Source: Chloroflexota bacterium (lineage in GTDB: Bacteria; Chloroflexota; UBA11872; VXOZ01). Taken from it: a stretch of 64,000 nucleotides of DNA. Numbering within the stretch: position 1 is the stretch's first letter; each line of letters starts with the position of its first letter. The notes beneath the pieces are model-generated. The model made no database searches and had not been told where the DNA came from. It saw nothing but the letters and a program-made list of their open reading frames with translations. Shown piece after piece: positions 29,711-39,008 of the stretch. The stretch is from assembly GCA_963663275.1 (NCBI GenBank), contig OY760183.1:160001-224000 (forward strand), read 5' to 3'. A program made the position numbers and the translations under genes.

Positions 29711-32152
29711 TTAGCAACGCGAGTACCCGCACACGAGGCACTTCTCGCAGCCTTCCTCGTAGACCACGCCGGCCGCGCCGCAATCCGGGCAGATTTCGCC
29801 GTGCCGCGCTTCATGAGCCGGGGCCGCGGCTTGCGCCCCGGCCAAGCCGAGTTGCACCACCGACGCCTCTTCGGCGGCGGACGCGCCGTTGCCGTTGATC
29901 CCCGTGGGAATATCGTAGATTTCGGCGATGACCTGCGCGATGGCGTCGGGCACCGAGAGCACCCGGTTCGGGCCGATGCCCGTCACGTCCAGCGAGCCGA
30001 TGCCGCGTAGGTGCTTGTAGTGCTCCCTGATGGGCACGCCGCTGCGCAGGCCGAGCGTAATCGAGCGCGCCAGCGCCTCCAGATACGCCTGATCCGCCGT
30101 GCCGGCCTTGCCCAGAGTCAGGAAAATCTCGATCGGCCGGCTGTCCTGACCTTCGCCGACGGAGTTGATGGTGACGTAGAGGTCGCCGCGCGCCGTGACT
30201 TTCTTTACGGTCACGCCGGCAACCACCGCCGGGCGTTTGCGCGGATGCATGGCTACCGGCACCGCCGGACTGTGCGGCTGCTCCGCGACTGCGTCTTTCG
30301 CCGCCTCTTTCTCAACGGTCTCTTCCTTCGGCTTCGCCGCCTTCTCATCCTCCACGCGGGAGAGCACCGGCGTGCGCGAGCCGTCGCGGAAGAAGGTGAT
30401 GCCCTTGCAGCCCAGGTCGTAGGCCAGGGTGTAGAGCTTCTCCACGTCGGCTACCTCATAGGAATTCGGCGCGTTCACGGTTTTGGAAATGCTGGAGTCG
30501 GTGAATTCCTGCACAACAGCCTGCACGCGCACGTGGTCCTCCGGCCGCAGGTCGTTGCTGGAGGCGAAATAGTCCGGCACGGGCGCGCCGTCGTGGGCGT
30601 CCTTCCACGCTTTGAAGAGCGGGTGGTAGAGAATGTGCTCGCCAGTGCGGTCCACGCGCTTCATGGCAAAGTCGAACACCGGCTCGATGCCGCTGGAAAC
30701 GCCGGAGAGCAGCGAGGTGGTGCCGGTGGGCGCTTGGGTGAGCAACACACCGTTGCGGATGCCGTGGGCGGCAATCTGCTCTTGCAGCGCCGCAGGCAAC
30801 TGCCGGATGAAATCGCCCCGCATGTATTTCTCCGCGTCGAAGTGCGGAAACGGCCCTTTCTCCTTGGCAATCTCCATCGAGGCGCTGTAGGAAGCGTCGC
30901 GGATAGTGCGGTAGATGCGCTCCACCACCGGCATCGACTCCTCGCTGCCGTAGCGCACTTTCAGCTTGATGAGCGCGTCGGCAAGCCCCATGGTGCCCAG
31001 GCCCGTGCGGCGCGTGCCGTGGCGTTGCTGCCGCTCGTTGTCGTCGATGAAGTAGGGCGTGGCGTCGATGACGTTATCCAGGAAGCGGATGGCGATTTTG
31101 GACGTCTCGGCCAGCAGGTCGTAGTCCATCGCGCCGTCTTCTACGAACGCGGAAAGATTGATCGCGCCCAGATTGCACACGCCCCAGGCGGGCAAGCCCT
31201 GCTCGCCGCAGGGGTTCACGCAGCGGATTTGCTCGAAGTACCAGGTGTTGGAGCGTTTCTGATAGCGCTCCATGAAGACCAGCCCCGGCTCCGCCGAACG
31301 CCAGGCGGCTTCGCAAATCTTCTGCCAGATCTCCCGCGCCTTGACCGTGCGCTGGACGGTGACGCCCTTGCCCAAGGCGCGCCACGCGGCCAAGTCGCCG
31401 TTCCAGACGTCGTCGTACTCCGGGTCGGTGGTGTCCGGGAAGACCAGGTCCCAATCGTCGTCGGCTTTCACGGCCTCCATGAACGAGTCGGAAGCGCAGA
31501 TGGAAAGGTTGGCGTGGTTGATGCGGGAGAGGTCGGTCTTGACCGTGATGAACTCCTCGATGTCCGGATGCCAATCGTCCAGCATGAGCATGAGCGCGCC
31601 GCGCCGGGAGCCGCCCTGCTGGATGACGTCGCCGGTGGCCACCGAGTACAACTCGCCCCAGGAGCACGGCCCGCTGGCGGTGCCGTTCACCGAGCGAATA
31701 TACGACCCGCGCGGCCTGAGGCTGGAAAGATTGATGCCCACGCCGCCGCCGCGCGCCATGATCTCCGTCATGGTGCTCAGGTTCTCCAGGATGCCGCCGC
31801 GGCTATCCTGCGGCGAGGGAATGACGTAGCAGTTGTAGAAGGTGACCTCGTGTCCCGTGCCCGCGCCGGCCAGGATGCGGCCGCCGGGGACGAACTTGAA
31901 GTCCCGCAGCGCGTGGTAGAATTGTTCTTCCCAGGCGGTGCGGACTTCCTCCTCTTCCACGGCGGCGATGCCGCGCGCCACCCGCCGCCACATCTGCTCC
32001 GGATACTCTTCCAGTGCCGCGCCGGTCTCGTCTTTGTACGAATAGCGGTCGGCAAAGACCTTCTGGCGGATGCCGTCGAGCATTGTGCCGTTCTCTACGT
32101 CGGCTACAGGCTGCCCGTTGGCGCTCTTGCCGTTGGGGTGAATGACTGCCAT
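29711..32152 (-). CDS. nrdJ: Class II (adenosylcobalamin-dependent) ribonucleotide reductase
   Basis: PGGRIL, FYNCYV, QQGGSRRGA, NPCGEQ and APTGTTS motifs; C-terminal TSCPD-like domain and Cys ribbon (CPDCG..GCEKCLVCGYSRC). Confidence 0.95.
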   Translation of the reverse strand: MAVIHPNGKSANGQPVADVENGTMLDGIRQKVFADRYSYKDETGAALEEYPEQMWRRVARGIAAVEEEEVRTAWEEQFYHALRDFKFVPGGRILAGAGTGHEVTFYNCYVIPSPQDSRGGILENLSTMTEIMARGGGVGINLSSLRPRGSYIRSVNGTASGPCSWGELYSVATGDVIQQGGSRRGALMLMLDDWHPDIEEFITVKTDLSRINHANLSICASDSFMEAVKADDDWDLVFPDTTDPEYDDVWNGDLAAWRALGKGVTVQRTVKAREIWQKICEAAWRSAEPGLVFMERYQKRSNTWYFEQIRCVNPCGEQGLPAWGVCNLGAINLSAFVEDGAMDYDLLAETSKIAIRFLDNVIDATPYFIDDNERQQRHGTRRTGLGTMGLADALIKLKVRYGSEESMPVVERIYRTIRDASYSASMEIAKEKGPFPHFDAEKYMRGDFIRQLPAALQEQIAAHGIRNGVLLTQAPTGTTSLLSGVSSGIEPVFDFAMKRVDRTGEHILYHPLFKAWKDAHDGAPVPDYFASSNDLRPEDHVRVQAVVQEFTDSSISKTVNAPNSYEVADVEKLYTLAYDLGCKGITFFRDGSRTPVLSRVEDEKAAKPKEETVEKEAAKDAVAEQPHSPAVPVAMHPRKRPAVVAGVTVKKVTARGDLYVTINSVGEGQDSRPIEIFLTLGKAGTADQAYLEALARSITLGLRSGVPIREHYKHLRGIGSLDVTGIGPNRVLSVPDAIAQVIAEIYDIPTGINGNGASAAEEASVVQLGLAGAQAAAPAHEARHGEICPDCGAAGVVYEEGCEKCLVCGYSRC

Positions 32153-32275
32153 AGCGGGATTCTCCTTGGGTCAATGAATTGGCAGATTGAACGAAGGTGC
32201 TCGCAGAAGAGGGATGCGCTCAAGTCTCGCGAATGCGCAAAGCGGCGGAGGGGCGCTGCTCAATATGCTGCGTGC

Positions 32276-32328
32276 TCAATATATCTTGTTGTAGTGGAGA
32301 TTATAGAAAACAAGATATAGGGTGTCAA
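32276..32328 (-). promoter_or_regulatory. nrdJ sigma70 promoter overlapped by two NrdR boxes
   Basis: Minus-strand TTGACA (32328-32323), 17-bp spacer, TATAAT (32305-32300); NrdR-like boxes TCAATATATCTTGTTG (32276-32291) and AAACAAGATATAGGGT (32308-32323), 32 bp apart. Confidence 0.85.
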
Positions 32329-32587
32329 GGGAGAACAGGAGAGTTTTGGACAGAATTAAGCAGGTTCGGCAAATGGTGGAACAGGGGCAGGCTAAGGCAT
32401 TCAGTCAAGGGGCTGTATACAGTCTACCATACGCGACGGCGGCAGTGTTGCGCTATGCGCCGCGCGGAGGAGAAAAGAGGCCGGCGCTGTCAGGAAACGG
32501 GCGCCGGCCAACCGGGTATCCTGCCAGCGCACGCCGGAAAGTCAGGCAAAGAGGCGCCCCGCTTGGCGGCGGCTGCCGCCCAACCGG

Positions 32588-33292
32588 TCACGAACCATAC
32601 GGCGCGTGTGACGCTACCGCCGGATTCTCCCGGTCGTATTCCCAACGCGCCGGGTTGCTGCGAATGTACTCCCGAATCTTTGCCAGAGATTCCTCGCCGC
32701 GCACCACGTGCTCGAAGTAGTTGCGCTGCCAGAGGGAGTTGCCGGGGAGACCATGCGCGCGATTGACCTGTTTTGTGCTGACGGTTTTGAATGCGCCAAT
32801 CAATCGTCCCAAAGGCTTGCGCTTCCCACCGGTAGGGGCAGTTCGCGAACCGTCCGTGCGCACGCCGTCGTCCCCTCCCTCGGTAGGGGCAGTTCGTGAA
32901 CTGCCCACGTGCGCGCCATCGTCCTCACCGGTAGGGGCAGTTCGCGAACTGCCCCTACGCGCGCCGTCGTCCTCACCGGTAGGGGCAGTTCGCGAACTGC
33001 CCCTACGAGTGTCGTCACTGATCATGATGAGGCCGTGGAGATGGTTCGGCATCACCACGAATTCGTCCAGCGTCACATAGGGATATTGCGTCTCCAGCCA
33101 TTGCCACGCATCAGTCACCAAACGGCCGGTATCGCTCAGACGCACGGCTCCATCAACCACCTCGCCCAACAGACACGCCCGCCCTTGCACCACAATCGTC
33201 ACAAAGTAAACGCCCGCCTGCGAGTAGTCATAACCTCGCAGGCGGACCGATCGGCGGTTGCGGCTAGCTGGCCGCGTGTTGGAACGAATCAC
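32588..33292 (-). CDS. REP-associated tyrosine transposase (RAYT, Y1 HUH)
   Basis: RLRGYDYSQAGVYFVT, MPNHLHG (HUH), WQRNYFEHVVR and YIRSNP (catalytic Tyr); four REPs in frame. Confidence 0.92.
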   Translation of the reverse strand: MIRSNTRPASRNRRSVRLRGYDYSQAGVYFVTIVVQGRACLLGEVVDGAVRLSDTGRLVTDAWQWLETQYPYVTLDEFVVMPNHLHGLIMISDDTRRGSSRTAPTGEDDGARRGSSRTAPTGEDDGAHVGSSRTAPTEGGDDGVRTDGSRTAPTGGKRKPLGRLIGAFKTVSTKQVNRAHGLPGNSLWQRNYFEHVVRGEESLAKIREYIRSNPARWEYDRENPAVASHAPYGS

Positions 33293-33384
33293 TACACTTC
33301 ACTATAGTTCAGGACACATCTGACTCGACTACGGCTCGGCCTCAAACGATCCCTTGGTTACCCCGATAGGCGATAAAAGGCCGC

Positions 33385-33663
33385 TCACGCCCCGTCTCCG
33401 TCAGCGAACGGGATCTCCCGGCGGGACTCGCGGTCGCCGGGAATTTCAAGCTCCACGCCGCGCGGGACGTTTTCCACCAGCCACCGGCCAAGAGGCGCGC
33501 GCTGCGAGAGCTTGGCGTGCCAGGAGTCGGCAGGCACGACCACACACGGGCGCCGCACGCCGATCTGCTGCGGCCCTTCCACCTCCGCCAGGCGCAAAAC
33601 CTCCGAGAGCCGCGCTTTGGCCTCGGCCACGGTCCATACACGGTGGGCAGCGGGTTTCTTCAC
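33385..33663 (-). CDS. Phd/YefM-family antitoxin (orphan)
   Basis: WTVAEAKARLSEVLRLAEVEGPQQI N-terminal signature. Confidence 0.8.
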   Translation of the reverse strand: MKKPAAHRVWTVAEAKARLSEVLRLAEVEGPQQIGVRRPCVVVPADSWHAKLSQRAPLGRWLVENVPRGVELEIPGDRESRREIPFADGDGA

Positions 33664-34145
33664 GCGCGTGCGACACTCCTCTGATTGGGAATGAGTAGAT
33701 TCAGACGTGACCTAGTCATGGGGCTCGGTTTCATGTCAAACCAAAACGCAGCGTCCAACAGGATTCACGGAATGGAGAATCCCGCACACGAGATCCTTCG
33801 TCGCTGCGCTTCTCAGAACGACCGGCTAAGGCGCCGGGTGGAGTTTAGCCTGAGCTTGCCGAAGGGAAGGGATGCGCAAAGTGTCCGGCACGGAGACGCG
33901 GCCTACGCCCGCATCTACCAAAACCGCTCCACTGCATATACGAGTCCAGACTAGTACACGCATATTCGCAAGTGTGCTCCGGCCACACGGAACAACGGGA
34001 TATCCCGCCAACCGTCGCCGGTCTGTCAGGCAAGCAACCCCCGTTCGACGCGCACTTCCGCGGAGGCGCTCATACGACCCAACCTTTCCCCTCAATGGGC
34101 AAGGGGTATTGCAGAAGTCTCCGTTGGGATTCGCGCCGCCTCAAG

Positions 34146-35885
34146 TCACGCCGGATAGGGGCGGTATTCCACAAGCGCCGCTCTGCCTTCGATGGCGATG
34201 ATGCGCACCAGGAGTTCTGCTCCCGCGGCGTCGGTTAAGCGCAGGTCTTCGCCGGGGATGAAGTTGACCGGCTGCTGCTTGCCCTCGTCGATGGCGATGT
34301 TCGAGGCGTAGAGGTACGTGCGGCCGTGGGTATCGCGGATGGGATTCAGTCTGCCCTCGATGCCCGGCACGCAGCCGGCGGCCTCGGCGAAGATGACGCT
34401 GCCGCCTTCGAGCGCGTGCAGTTCAAGCGCCAGCGCCCCCTGGCGCGGCAACCAGGCTTGTTCCAGATGCGCGGCGTGGCCGGGAGCGGCGGCGAACACG
34501 GTCATGGGAAGGTGGGTCGTGTGCAGGTCTACGGTCGCCTCGCCGTTTTCGTCCGTAGTCCCGCGCTGCCAGGCGCCATTGGGGAAGAGCGCCAGCAGGT
34601 TGGCGCCGGGCAGGGGCTGCCCCGCGGACCGCACCGTGATGACGGCGCGGGCCGGGCTGTGCTCCTGCACGGCCGCCGGTATGGAGAGGCAGACTTCAGA
34701 GTTGTCGATCAAGCGGTATTCGGGCGGTTTGCCGGCGAGTTCCCGTGTTTCGCGCAGGATGATGGGCACGCCATCTCCACGCCGTTCCATGAAGTACTGT
34801 CTTTCCGCCGCGCCGTGAATGCCCCCTACCGTCATGCGCGCCAGCACAGAGGTCAGCGCCTCGTTGCGGGTTGCTTGCGGCTCCGCCATGCTCTCCACCG
34901 TCAGGTTGTTCGGCAGAGAGCCCGGCGATTGAATCTCCAGCCGGTCTTGAAACAGCGAAAGGCGGATCTTACTGCCGCGTATCGCATAGTCGCGATGGGC
35001 CACGGCGTTGACGAGCGCCTCGAACAGCGCCTGCGGGCTGTACTGGGGAATGTCCACTCGCGCCGGCTGCTTGCGGGCCGCGACGCGCATGTTTCTGACG
35101 GCGAAAGCCACCGCCTCGGCGATCTGCCGGTTCAGGGGGCCGGTGATTTCTTGCGCGTCGATCTGCCCGGAAGCGCGGTCGAGTCCCCGGTAGCAGGTTG
35201 CCGTAATGCAAGCGTTGGGGAGCCAGCGGTCGGGGTTTTGGGTGCACAGCAGCACACCGGCCACCGTGGCGCGCAAGACCCCGGCCTCGTCGTCGGCCAG
35301 GAGCGCCAGCTTCTGAAGCGCCGGCGCCGGGTTCGCCGCGCCCTCCGCGCTCAGCAGGGGCTTCCACAACGACTCTTCCAGCGTGTTGAAACCCGTGTCC
35401 TGAACGGTCTGCTCATCGAACGACGAGAACCGCGCCTGCCCCCGCCGCTGCGCCAAGCGCAACCGCTCGTCGCTGGTCATCTTGCGCTTCGAGCCGCCGA
35501 CCCGCACGTAGCTTCCGCCGGGGCTGTCGTGCTGCGCATCGCCCTCGGGCACCTCGACCAGCAGCAGACGCTTGCCGTTTGGCAGTTGCCGATGGTACGT
35601 GCGAATGCGCACGGCCGGCCGCACGGAGTCGGAACTGACCTCGACGAGCAAAGCGTCCAACGCGACGATCTGCGCGCGCGACATGCCCTGCACATCGCCC
35701 TCGTCAGTGACGCCGCAGAGCAGCATGCCGCCGTTCGCGTTGGCAAAAGCGGCGATTTCGTCCGCCCAGTCGCCGCGCTCCGGGCTTCTTGGTCGATTGC
35801 CAGCGAATTCGACGGCTTTGAACTCCCAGTTGCTGTCCTCGCCCAACTGCAATTGGCGCAGCACTTCGTCGTCGCTGTACGTCAT
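34146..35885 (-). CDS. Schlafen/AlbA_2 plus HATPase_c_4 (RecG-C-like) protein with an extra C-terminal beta domain
   Basis: GEDSNWEFK, IAAFANANGGMLLCGVTDEG, EALVNAVAHRDY, LEIQSPG and MERRGDGV motifs. Confidence 0.85.
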   Translation of the reverse strand: MTYSDDEVLRQLQLGEDSNWEFKAVEFAGNRPRSPERGDWADEIAAFANANGGMLLCGVTDEGDVQGMSRAQIVALDALLVEVSSDSVRPAVRIRTYHRQLPNGKRLLLVEVPEGDAQHDSPGGSYVRVGGSKRKMTSDERLRLAQRRGQARFSSFDEQTVQDTGFNTLEESLWKPLLSAEGAANPAPALQKLALLADDEAGVLRATVAGVLLCTQNPDRWLPNACITATCYRGLDRASGQIDAQEITGPLNRQIAEAVAFAVRNMRVAARKQPARVDIPQYSPQALFEALVNAVAHRDYAIRGSKIRLSLFQDRLEIQSPGSLPNNLTVESMAEPQATRNEALTSVLARMTVGGIHGAAERQYFMERRGDGVPIILRETRELAGKPPEYRLIDNSEVCLSIPAAVQEHSPARAVITVRSAGQPLPGANLLALFPNGAWQRGTTDENGEATVDLHTTHLPMTVFAAAPGHAAHLEQAWLPRQGALALELHALEGGSVIFAEAAGCVPGIEGRLNPIRDTHGRTYLYASNIAIDEGKQQPVNFIPGEDLRLTDAAGAELLVRIIAIEGRAALVEYRPYPA

Positions 35886-35986
35886 TGGCGACCTATTCCA
35901 TCAGTGAAGGTCTCTCGGCTTCCTCCCATGCTGCCCACCGGTCCCGCTGCAAACCTTTGCGCGCGGCAGAGTCGTCGCGGGTGGGC

Positions 35987-36223
35987 TTAACCGAGGTGTT
36001 TCAGCACCTCGTCGTGTTCGGGGAAGCGGCCTGTCTGGTGTTTGGAGAAGATGACGGTGTTATCGAGGGTGACCTCGAAGGCGCCGCCGCCGGAGGGGAT
36101 GAGTTCCAGGCTTTCCAGGTTGAATTCGTACTCGCTCAGCACTTTTTCCGTCAAACTGACGGCTTTGGGGAGGTAGCCTCACGAGGTGCAGTATTCGATG
36201 CTCAGGCGCTGCTTGGCGGCCAT
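35987..36223 (-). CDS. Rdx family (SelT/SelW/SelH) selenoprotein, 78 aa
   Basis: MAAKQRLSIEYCTS-UGA-GYLPKAVSLTEKVL..LELIPSGGGAFEVTLDNTVIFSKHQTGRFPEHDEV; CxxU motif; hairpin CCGTCA-GTT-TGACGG 16 nt after the UGA; absent from the ORF track. Confidence 0.9.
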
Positions 36224-36649
36224 GGGTGTGCTCCTTCCGGCTCGCTGTACGTTGGTTCTGTCGTTCTTTATTCAGTATGACTCTTCTTGCGCGTTTCGGT
36301 CAACGGCGCGGGTCGCAAATGCGCGTCTACACGGTGGAAGACGCAGGTTACAAACCTGCGCTACCGGAAGCACGGCTTCCAGGTTGCATACCCGCGCTAC
36401 CGGTCTGAGATGGAGAATGCCCGCGCGTCCCATGGGAACCCGCCGTACAGGGGATGCCGCGCGCGGCGGTCTTTTTCCGCAAAAGACCGTCTCTTGGCGG
36501 CGCATTGTGGCTTGCGCGGGATAGAGCGGCTTGGTACCCTATGGTATGGCTACTTTGGGCGTGGGTGTTGCCGTTCCGAAGCCACGCCGCTTCGAACCGC
36601 AACGCGCGCGCTGCCGCTTAACTGAAGGCAGGGAGAAGGTACAGTAGTC

Positions 36650-37900
36650 ATGAGTGAACCGCAACCAGAGCAGCCGGAGGACCTGGCGCGGTCCAACGGC
36701 CACGTGCGCGTGAGCGTGCGCAACGTTTGGAAAGTGTTCGGCCCGGTAGCGGGCCCGGACGTGGCGGAGACCCTGGAGGGCAAGACCAAGGACGAGGTGC
36801 AGGACGAACTGGATTCCGTGCTGGCGCTGCACGACGTGAGTTTCGACGTGCAGCAGGGCGAGACGTTCGTGGTGATGGGCCTCTCCGGCAGCGGCAAGTC
36901 CACGCTGGTGCGCTGCCTCATCCGGCTCATCGAGCCGACCTCCGGCCAGGTCATCGTCGACGGCGAGGACGTCCTCAGCCAGACCGATGAGGAACTCACC
37001 CAGACGCGGCGGCAGAAGACCGGCATGGTCTTCCAGTATTTCGGCCTGCTGCCCCACCGCACGGTGATCGACAACGCCGCCTGGGGCCTGGAGGTGCAGG
37101 GGGTTCCCGCGGAGGAGCGCCGCGAGCGGGCGGCCGAGGTGCTGCGCATCGTCGGCCTGGAAGGCTGGGAAGACTACCGCCCGGCGGCCCTCAGCGGCGG
37201 CATGCAGCAGCGCGTCGGCCTGGCGCGGGCGCTGGCCTGCGACCCGGAAATCCTGCTGATGGACGAGCCGTTCAGCGCGCTGGATCCGCTCATCCGGCGG
37301 GACATGCAGAACGAACTCATCCGCCTGCAGGAGCAGATGCACAAGACCATCATCTTCATCACGCACGACCTGGTGGAGGCCACCAAGCTGGGCAGCCGCA
37401 TCGCCATCATGCGCGACGGCGCGATCGTCCAGATCGGCACGCCGGAAGAGATCATGGCGAATCCGGCGGACGACTACGTGGCCGACTTCACCCGCGACGT
37501 GCGCACCTCGTCGGTGGTCACCGTGGGCTACGTGATGGAAGAATGCCCGGTGCAGGCGCAGAGCGGAGCGGCGCCGGCGGAGACGCTGGCCGCGCTGGAG
37601 GCGGCTGACGCCGATTGCGCGTTCGTCGCCGCTGAAGACGGCGCGTACCAGGGCGAGATCAGTTTGGACGACGTGAGCGAGGCCGCCGCCAACGGCGACG
37701 ACACCATCGATAGCGCCGTAGAACGGCGGCGCGAGCCGGTGGAAACCGGGCAGTGCATCGAGGAGGCCCTCTCCCAGGCCTGGCCCTACGAGGGCAGCAT
37801 TCCCGTGGTGGACGAAGAAGAACGCCTGGTGGGGACGGTCGAGCGCGACACGCTGGCCGAAGCCGTGTTTTCCGAAGTGCGCGAGGAGGCCGGCGCTTAG
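36650..37900 (+). CDS. proV: Glycine betaine/proline ABC transporter ATP-binding protein
   Basis: MGLSGSGKST, LSGGMQQRVGLARALA and LLMDEPFSALDPLIR; CBS-like C-terminus. Confidence 0.92.
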   Translation: MSEPQPEQPEDLARSNGHVRVSVRNVWKVFGPVAGPDVAETLEGKTKDEVQDELDSVLALHDVSFDVQQGETFVVMGLSGSGKSTLVRCLIRLIEPTSGQVIVDGEDVLSQTDEELTQTRRQKTGMVFQYFGLLPHRTVIDNAAWGLEVQGVPAEERRERAAEVLRIVGLEGWEDYRPAALSGGMQQRVGLARALACDPEILLMDEPFSALDPLIRRDMQNELIRLQEQMHKTIIFITHDLVEATKLGSRIAIMRDGAIVQIGTPEEIMANPADDYVADFTRDVRTSSVVTVGYVMEECPVQAQSGAAPAETLAALEAADADCAFVAAEDGAYQGEISLDDVSEAAANGDDTIDSAVERRREPVETGQCIEEALSQAWPYEGSIPVVDEEERLVGTVERDTLAEAVFSEVREEAGA

Positions 37901-37912
37901 CCGGACACTACT

Positions 37913-38914
37913 ATGGCCGTAACGACACGCTCCGAGGAAGCAACCGAAGAGAGCCGCCAGGCCGCCCGCGGCGGCATACCCATGCCCCCGAAAGGCGTGC
38001 TGGCCCTGGCCGGGTTCGTCGCCTTGTTCATCGTGACGCTGCTGGTGTGGGGGCCCAGGACGGAGTTTCCGCTCGACTGGAGCAACGGCATCAGCCGCTG
38101 GATCAATGAAGGCGTGGAAACCATCACCGTCGCCTGGGGCCCGGCGTTCGACCTGGTGTCCGATTCGGTGCTGCACTTCCTGCTGTGGATCGAGACGGCG
38201 TTCCTGTGGACGCCGTGGCCGGTGGTAGTCGTGGCCGTCGCCGCCATCGCCTGGGCCACGGTCGGCTGGAAATTTGCCGCGTTCGGCACGATCGCGCTGC
38301 TCACCACCGGCGTGTTCGGCCTCTGGGAGAGCGCGATGGAGACCATGGCGCTCATCGTCGTCTCGGTCTTCCTCTCCATCGTCGTGGGCATTCCCATCGG
38401 GGTGCTGGCCGCGCGCAGCAACACCTTCGACGCGGTCCTCAAACCGCTGCTGGACGGCATGCAGACCATGCCGTCGTTCGTCTACCTGGTGCCGGTGGTC
38501 ATGTTCTTCGGCATCGGCAACGTGCCCGCCGTCTTTGCCACCATCATCTACGCCGCGCCGCCCACGATTCGCTTCACCAGCCTCGGCATCCGGGAAGTCA
38601 GCCCGCAGGTGGTGGAAGCGGCGCGCTCCTTTGGCACCACCCCCCGCCAACTGCTCTTCAAGGTGCAACTGCCCATGGCGATGCCGACCATCATGGCCGG
38701 CATCAATCAAACGACCATGATGGCGCTGGCGATGATGGTGATTGCCTCGCTGGTGGGCGCCGGCGGCCTGGGCGAGGACGTGCAGCGGGCGCTCTCGCGG
38801 GCGCAGCCGGGTCAGGCGCTGCTGGGCGGCCTGGGCATCGTCTTCCTGGCAATCATCATCGACCGCATCACGCAAGCCTGGGCGAAGAGCCGGCAAGAAT
38901 CTTTGCGGATGTAG
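37913..38914 (+). CDS. proW: Glycine betaine/proline ABC transporter permease
   Basis: LDGMQTMPSFVYLVP and TIMAGINQTTMMALAMMVIASLVGAGGLG motifs. Confidence 0.92.
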   Translation: MAVTTRSEEATEESRQAARGGIPMPPKGVLALAGFVALFIVTLLVWGPRTEFPLDWSNGISRWINEGVETITVAWGPAFDLVSDSVLHFLLWIETAFLWTPWPVVVVAVAAIAWATVGWKFAAFGTIALLTTGVFGLWESAMETMALIVVSVFLSIVVGIPIGVLAARSNTFDAVLKPLLDGMQTMPSFVYLVPVVMFFGIGNVPAVFATIIYAAPPTIRFTSLGIREVSPQVVEAARSFGTTPRQLLFKVQLPMAMPTIMAGINQTTMMALAMMVIASLVGAGGLGEDVQRALSRAQPGQALLGGLGIVFLAIIIDRITQAWAKSRQESLRM

Positions 38915-39008
38915 GGCATTTTTGCTGCATTAATGGTTGATTGTGGAGCGGATTTGCGGCATTATTAGGCTAGAGCGTTGTATACACAATTGGGAGGTTC
39001 CCAACGTT

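Noticed and set aside
30011-32320. 769-aa plus-strand ORF, and a possible intein in nrdJ
   Set aside because: Shadow of nrdJ; NrdJ length is normal and no intein splice motifs were seen
32832-33006. Possible mini-CRISPR array
   Set aside because: Lies in frame within the RAYT gene; spacers are near-identical; the unit is a REP
35885-36280. 131-aa plus-strand ORF in the track
   Set aside because: Shadow of the minus-strand selenoprotein gene
36420-36640. Hairpins in the proV leader
   Set aside because: No recognisable riboswitch consensus; function cannot be supported from sequence alone
36539-38896. 785-aa minus-strand ORF
   Set aside because: Antisense to proV/proW with no recognisable motifs
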